Positions 58,683-64,000 of a stretch of DNA of 64,000 nt are shown piece by piece. The DNA lies in the NCBI GenBank assembly GCA_039815185.1, contig JBCBZT010000007.1, positions 128,001-192,000 on the forward strand, written 5' to 3'. How positions within the stretch are numbered: the first letter of the stretch is position 1; each line of letters begins with the position of its first letter. Below the pieces are notes generated by a model. It saw only the letters and a program-made list of their open reading frames with translations. It was not told the origin of the DNA and made no database searches. Origin of the DNA: Cyanobacteria bacterium P01_A01_bin.123 (GTDB lineage Bacteria > Cyanobacteriota > Cyanobacteriia > Phormidesmidales > Phormidesmidaceae). A program made the position numbers and the translations under genes.

Positions 58683-58842
58683 GCGGCATAACAATCCTAT
58701 TAGACAGACAGTTTCTGTATATCTACCATGCTGGTAAGGATATACAGAGAGGATCGGCACATCTATCCCGACGGTGAAGAGTGCAAGAAACTTTCTGCAT
58801 ATTATTCCTCTCAGGATTGATCGAAAGAAACTTTCTGCATAT
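58683..58842 (-). mobile_element. attI-like site: GTTATGC core with upstream direct repeats
   Basis: Minus strand CTAATAGGATTGTTATGCCGC; 18-bp AAGAAACTTTCTGCATAT at 58785 and 58825, plus a 14/17 copy at 58706. Confidence 0.55.
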
Positions 58843-58856
58843 GTAGCCGAACCCAC

Positions 58857-59384
58857 TCATGGCTTAATCACCATCGCCGACCAACCCCGGTCAAAAGGAA
58901 CGTTTAACCGCCGATAGGTTTCGCGAATGACTTCGGCATCAGGGGCATTGATTTCACAGATGACACGGGTGCGATCACTAGACACATAAGACTGTACCCA
59001 CTCCACCCCCCGCTCAGCATGACAGGGCAGCACTCGGCGGTTCGTTTCATCCCACTGTTTCCAGGTAAATCCTTGAGGATAGGTGTGCTCAAACACTTTC
59101 AAACCCTTTTCATTGGGAGTTGATGGGGGGGCTTCAGGCATGACAATCTCACCCGACCACATGCGGCTAAAGGCGGTGCCGCCCCGACGAAAGGATTCAC
59201 GAACAGACTCGGTGTCGGGCGCTTCGAAGGTACAAATCATCCGGTGACGCTCGCTTGAGAGCAGGGTATAGAGCCATTGGCAGTTGCGTTCGGCGAGGCA
59301 CTCCTCGGTTCGGAGAACGACCTCATTTGGGATTTCCGGATAAAGGGGCGTATCCGATTGGGTTTCAACTACAACAAAGGGCAT
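58857..59384 (-). CDS. Tandem DUF4242 (SCO4226-like) protein
   Basis: Two repeats of W...S....ICxxxAPD.E..RE. Confidence 0.75.
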   Translation of the reverse strand: MPFVVVETQSDTPLYPEIPNEVVLRTEECLAERNCQWLYTLLSSERHRMICTFEAPDTESVRESFRRGGTAFSRMWSGEIVMPEAPPSTPNEKGLKVFEHTYPQGFTWKQWDETNRRVLPCHAERGVEWVQSYVSSDRTRVICEINAPDAEVIRETYRRLNVPFDRGWSAMVIKP

Positions 59385-59418
59385 AGGAATCTCGAGTTTT
59401 GGACGATTGGGAGCTGGT

Positions 59419-62400
59419 TTAGGGAACTGGATGAGCTGGAATTGATAGTATTTGCTGAGCTTCGGCGATCGCAGTTTGGGCAGTGGCACTAACATTGTGG
59501 AAATCTGCCGTTTCTTGTAGCTGCTGAAATTCGGCCAGCGCTTGCTCAGGGTCGCCTAGCTTGAGCAAGCTTTGAACGAGAACAGCCCAACTCAAGGCAA
59601 TTTGGCTGGGATGGTTGATCGCACGCGCATTGTTTAGCGCGGCCGTGGCGCGTTCATAGGCTAGCGGTAGGTTCGCGTCTGCCAAATCGATTGCAGCGGC
59701 ACGCATCAGGATGGAGGCTAGCACCCGTTTGGCGTCGGCTCGCTGTAAGGCGGCGATCGCAGCAGGTAAGGTTTCGGCAGCGGCAGGTTCTCGAAGCTGA
59801 TATTGCGCTAGGGCAGTCAGCGCTTGGGCAATGGCTGCCTCGCTCCCTTCCCCCTGAATTTTTGCTGCGGCCTCTAGCATGGCTGCCATGTGGGGAAAGA
59901 CGGCGGCTGGGTTTTCGGTCTCTAGCTCAATCATGGCGAGATAGCTCAAGTAGTGACACTCCCGCCAGTGTTCTTGGTGGACATGGGTCAGGTGCAGGGC
60001 TTGGCTAATCAGCGATCGCGCTTCGTCATAACGACCATAGTGCCGATGGATAGCCCCCAATCCGGCGAAGATATCAAAATTTTCCAGATCGACCCGCTCT
60101 GCTAAAGACTGGGCTTCGAGTAACAGTGCCTCTGCTCGGGGGATATCGCGCCCAATTTCAGCCAGACAGCCTCCGCTGTAGGCCAGGGTTCGAGCTACCA
60201 CCGCTGGGTTTGCTACGCGACTCGCTGCCGCTGCCTGGAGTGAATAGCGATGCACACCGTCAAAGTCACTTTGGTTAAACTGCACGATAATTAGGGCTTC
60301 CAGGGCGTTGGTCTCCGCCTCGGGAAGCTGCTGGGCCTGGGCATCTTCCACCAACTGCTGGGCTTGGGTCGTCAATTGCGCGGCGGTTTCCCCCTGAACC
60401 CCGGCAAGCGCACAGAGGTTCAGCAACTTAGCCTGCCGGGTGATGCGTATCCGGTGGCCGAGTTGCTCAGCCGCTCGAAAGCCTTGACGAGCGTGCTCCA
60501 CAGCGGCGGTATAGGCAAACAGTTTGAGGGATTGCTCTACCGCCAAGATTGCCATTTCAGCAGCCAGATCAAAGTCTTCCCCTAAAAAAGCATGGTGGGC
60601 AACGTCACTGGCAATCGCTTCATCCTGGTTGACTTGTTGGTATAAGTGGTAGGCAATCTGCTGGTGAATCAGTCGCCGCCGGGGCGCTGAAAGCTGTTTG
60701 TACACAACCTGACGCACGATGCCGTGGGTAAAGTCGTAACAGCCGCCTAGCTGTCTGGCGGCGTTGGGGCAGATAATGCTTTGCTGCTCCAGTTGTTCAA
60801 TTGCGCTCAACAGCTGAGCGATAGGCATGTCAGCAATCTGGGCTATCATCGCCGGGGAAAAATTCCGCCCCATCGCCGCGGCCCAGGGCAAAATCCCGCG
60901 AGTGCTGTCGTCCAACTGCTGTAGGCGATCGCCAATCAGCGATTCCAGGGTGCTAGCATCTCCAGATTGATATCCCCGCGATCGCGCCAATTCCAATGCG
61001 AATAGGGGATTGCCGCCACTATCCACAAACACTTGATTAATTAGCGAAAGAGACAGTTCGGAGGGCACTAAACTTCCCGTACTCCGTAATAAATGACGTG
61101 TTTGCTCCCGATCTAGTGGGGATAGTTCAAGGCAATGTAATCGCTGTTCTCGCCGCAGGGCTTTCAAGACATCGGTGATGGCGGCATTAGCCTCCAATTC
61201 GCCCGACCGAGCTGTACAGGCAATCTGCATTGGGTGGTGGTGCAACACCCGAATCACGTAGTGGAGCAGTGCTGCCGACGCATCATCCATCCACTGAATG
61301 TCGTCGAAGAGCAGCAACAGCGGAGATTGGTCGGCCCATTGTAATAGTGATCGCACCACCGCATCAAATAGATGACTGGGGTCGGGTAAGGTTTGGGATG
61401 GATGCCCCAATTCCGGCATTAGAAACCCTAATTCAGTCGGTAAATTTGGGATAGATACAATGTCGCTAGACCGCAGTGCATCGATCCACATACCGTAGGG
61501 ACGCATCATCTCCGCAGCAAATCCGCAGCCCCAAAGCAACCGCACGTCAGCTGTTTGCAACTTAGTGTATAACTCTTCCAGTAGCCGGGTTTTCCCAATT
61601 CCGGGTTCCCCTTGCAGTAACAGCATGGGTGTAGCTCTGGTCTTGCCCTGAGAAGGTTTTGCAGACTGCTGGGTACCTGTCAGGAGTGGCTCTCCCCACT
61701 GTTGGATGGTGTCCCACTCTGCTTCCCGGCCCACCAGAGGTGTACTCGCCATCGAAGGATTAAGCGTAACAACCGGTAGCGCTACGGGTTGAGGCGTAGA
61801 TGGGGGTTGAGTCGGTGTGAGCAGGGCTTCGTCTTCGTGCAGCAATTGCTCATAGAGCTGTCGTGTCGCTGCCCCTGGATCCACGCCTAACTCATCTTGC
61901 AGGATGGTCATGCACTGGTGATAGGTCTGGAGGGCACCTGCGCGATCGCCCACCCCATGCTGCAGTCGCATGAGGGTGCAATAGACCGCCTCATTGAGAT
62001 TATCCAGGCGGACTAACTGTTGAGCATAGGTGTTAGCAGTGGAGTAATCCTGTTGGTTTTCTAGGAGCTGTATTAGCTGCTCCAGCGATCGCTGATAAAG
62101 CTGCCGTAATCGTTCCCGCTCTGGGGTCAGCCATTCGTCCTCACAATCCGGTAAGAGATCGCCCTGATAAAGCTGAATTGCTTGTTCCCAGTGGGTTTGA
62201 CGAACCACATTATCCGTTGATTGCTCGGCGGTATTGATGGCTGCTTCGAACGCTGCGACATCTGACTGACAGTCCTCACTTGACAACCAATGCAGCGATT
62301 TCGTGCCGGTTTTCAACAGCGTTTCCACATTCGGCAGCGATCGCCGCAAATGGCTTAAGGCTTTCCTCAGGTTGGTTCGCGCCTGGGCGTCAGTAGACTC

Positions 62401-62580
62401 AGGCCAGAGGTGAAAGGCAACGCGCTGGCGGGGTTGGGGCGTAGCATGATGGAGGGCAAGATAGGCAAGCAAAAGCTGAGCTCGCCCCTGAGTCAAATCC
62501 GTCAGGGGGCGATCACCATAGGTGAGGGAAAATCCTCCCAAGAGCCGGATGTGTAGAACTTGAGCCACTGTCTGTACCAT
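59419..62580 (-). CDS. SARP/AfsR-like regulator: wHTH + BTAD + AAA ATPase + TPR
   Basis: IRLLGGF, LWPES...ARTNLR, LYQGDLLP, LGVDPG; GEPGIGKT, DDIQWMD, GGNPLF. Confidence 0.92.
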   Translation of the reverse strand: MVQTVAQVLHIRLLGGFSLTYGDRPLTDLTQGRAQLLLAYLALHHATPQPRQRVAFHLWPESTDAQARTNLRKALSHLRRSLPNVETLLKTGTKSLHWLSSEDCQSDVAAFEAAINTAEQSTDNVVRQTHWEQAIQLYQGDLLPDCEDEWLTPERERLRQLYQRSLEQLIQLLENQQDYSTANTYAQQLVRLDNLNEAVYCTLMRLQHGVGDRAGALQTYHQCMTILQDELGVDPGAATRQLYEQLLHEDEALLTPTQPPSTPQPVALPVVTLNPSMASTPLVGREAEWDTIQQWGEPLLTGTQQSAKPSQGKTRATPMLLLQGEPGIGKTRLLEELYTKLQTADVRLLWGCGFAAEMMRPYGMWIDALRSSDIVSIPNLPTELGFLMPELGHPSQTLPDPSHLFDAVVRSLLQWADQSPLLLLFDDIQWMDDASAALLHYVIRVLHHHPMQIACTARSGELEANAAITDVLKALRREQRLHCLELSPLDREQTRHLLRSTGSLVPSELSLSLINQVFVDSGGNPLFALELARSRGYQSGDASTLESLIGDRLQQLDDSTRGILPWAAAMGRNFSPAMIAQIADMPIAQLLSAIEQLEQQSIICPNAARQLGGCYDFTHGIVRQVVYKQLSAPRRRLIHQQIAYHLYQQVNQDEAIASDVAHHAFLGEDFDLAAEMAILAVEQSLKLFAYTAAVEHARQGFRAAEQLGHRIRITRQAKLLNLCALAGVQGETAAQLTTQAQQLVEDAQAQQLPEAETNALEALIIVQFNQSDFDGVHRYSLQAAAASRVANPAVVARTLAYSGGCLAEIGRDIPRAEALLLEAQSLAERVDLENFDIFAGLGAIHRHYGRYDEARSLISQALHLTHVHQEHWRECHYLSYLAMIELETENPAAVFPHMAAMLEAAAKIQGEGSEAAIAQALTALAQYQLREPAAAETLPAAIAALQRADAKRVLASILMRAAAIDLADANLPLAYERATAALNNARAINHPSQIALSWAVLVQSLLKLGDPEQALAEFQQLQETADFHNVSATAQTAIAEAQQILSIPAHPVP

Positions 62581-63038
62581 TCCTACTGCCCTTTGTAGAG
62601 CGATCCTACCGTTCTGATAAAGCTAGGCGCCGCGCCGCACCGTGCCACGTCGTTTGTACCCATTTCCTTTTCACCTGCGATCGCGATTTGACAGTTTTTC
62701 ATAGATCTAGAACATCTCTTTTTCCTTAACGACATCCATCGATTAGCTGCACACTCTGAGCAAGTAGGGTATCGCAAAATCGAGAAGTTCTAGGGATGTT
62801 TAATCCACACGCATATCCTTGATTGATGGAGATATTTGTTTACATGCGTCGCTTACTAAGCCGTCCGATGCAGCACAGGGTTAGATCTACAAAGGCATGG
62901 CAGCAGTCAATTAAAAATATTGATGGGTATTGTCTTACATAAGGTCAGTGTGTTGCCCAGCCTAAGGCCCTATATTGGTGGTGGATGGTGTCTGCTCTGC
63001 GAGATCCAATGATCAAGCTTTATTAGGATTAGGTTTCT

Positions 63039-63581
63039 ATGATGAGTACCCAGCTATCTGATACTTTGGGAAGATTACAAGCCAGAATCTATTGGCTACA
63101 TGATGCAGAAAAGTTTGATGAGTTAGCCAGTACTGCAAGCAAAATCTACCAGCTTTTAGGGCATCCTGAATCATTAAGCGATCAAGTGGGTAGCTTTATC
63201 TCTGAGGCTTATCGAATATCTGATGATGCTCAGATCGCAAGATTTGCCGATGATCCACAAAAGGAATTAAAGCACTATGCTGAGGTTCAGATTCAATTAG
63301 AGGAAGTAGTGAAACTACTAAATTTGCCTATTGAGATAGCAGCGTATCAAGTTCAATGGTGGATGCTTTCTAGACACAAGAAAATCTTTGCAGCCATAGG
63401 CTATATCCTTAAGCAACATGATCAATTATCAGTTTTGGCTAAGGCTAAGCTAGCTTATTACTCGTTTCAAATAGGTTTAGGCCATAATCAGAGAAAATTA
63501 GCTAAGTGTGAGAAGTATGCAATCTATTATTGGGATCTACTTCTACAATCAAAAGAGGCTCTTTATCCCTATATTGGTTGA
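63039..63581 (+). CDS. Hypothetical protein, AT-rich
   Basis: 180-aa intact ORF; no motif recognised. Confidence 0.6.
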   Translation: MMSTQLSDTLGRLQARIYWLHDAEKFDELASTASKIYQLLGHPESLSDQVGSFISEAYRISDDAQIARFADDPQKELKHYAEVQIQLEEVVKLLNLPIEIAAYQVQWWMLSRHKKIFAAIGYILKQHDQLSVLAKAKLAYYSFQIGLGHNQRKLAKCEKYAIYYWDLLLQSKEALYPYIG

Positions 63582-63605
63582 TGGCTTAATGAGAATCAAA
63601 AAGAG

Positions 63606-63689
63606 GCATAACGGCAGAGTTAAGCGACAACAAGTAATGCTGAAACGAATCGCAAAGACTCTGTTTGTCGCGCTAATACTGTTTTATGC
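63606..63689 (-). mobile_element. Degenerate attC-like site
   Basis: GCATAAC...TTAAGCGACAA...TTGTCGCGCTAA...TTATGC; the GNAT stop codon lies inside the R'' box. Confidence 0.6.
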
Positions 63690-64000
63690 TGTGGCATCTA
63701 ATCGATAGATATCCATCTCAACGCCATAGAATATTGTTGCTATTTCGTATCTCATGCCTACCCTTTAAAGTACCCTGACGAATGCTATGTTTGCTCGCTC
63801 CACAATTCCAAGGATATATAGAAACCTAAGTTTATTAAATCCATATTGAATTGTTGCTGACGCCGCTTCAGTAGCTAGTTCCAGATTCCAAAACTTGGGA
63901 TCTAATCGATAGCCAAGCTGTCGCTCATCTACGTCATAAACTTGCTCTACTGCGATTCCACAATAGCCAATCAATTCGTTGGTTTCCTTGAAAATAACAG
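63684..64000 (-). pseudogene. RimJ/RimL-type GNAT with an internal nonsense codon (5' end outside window)
   Basis: IGYCG...LGYRL...N.A..RVL*RVGMRYE...; TAA at 63765-63767, frame continues to TAA at 63684-63686. Confidence 0.7.

Noticed and set aside
58706..58842. 18-bp repeats as a mini CRISPR array
   Set aside because: Repeats are too short, only two are exact, and no cas genes are present; an attI-like site fits better.
62923..63578. 12-bp direct repeat CCCTATATTGGT around the 63039 gene and a 29-aa ORF containing PYIGGGWC as a RiPP precursor
   Set aside because: A 12-bp match at this distance can arise by chance; there is no RBS and no modifying enzyme nearby.

Overview
A 64-kb chromosomal window from a cyanobacterium. 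HIP1 octamers (GCGATCGC) are frequent, and hetF, bciB, pentapeptide and PEP-CTERM genes are present; a filamentous lineage is inferred. The housekeeping backbone comprises argF, hetF, bciB, nei, gatB, argJ and dnaG. The most striking locus (7.2-17.0 kb) is a divergent redox island. Leftward it encodes a Rieske lipoprotein and a dedicated System II cytochrome c maturation pair (CcsA/CcsB-like). Rightward it encodes a membrane-anchored tandem globin, a 5-heme and a 6-heme HAO-like c-type cytochrome, a Tll0287-like monoheme lipoprotein, a predicted di-heme b membrane protein and a thioredoxin. A canonical NtcA class II promoter motif precedes the rightward genes. Other notable items: a 2285-aa helical-repeat KAP NTPase; a candidate HetR-box-driven small RNA after gatB; and an accessory right end (49.6-64 kb). 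That end holds an organosulfur-type gene cluster beside a SARP/BTAD regulator, integron-like cassettes (attC and attI-like sites) with no integrase in the window, and dif-like direct repeats. No rRNA, tRNA, CRISPR array or transposase was recognised. All family calls come from motif recognition by eye; no searches were run.
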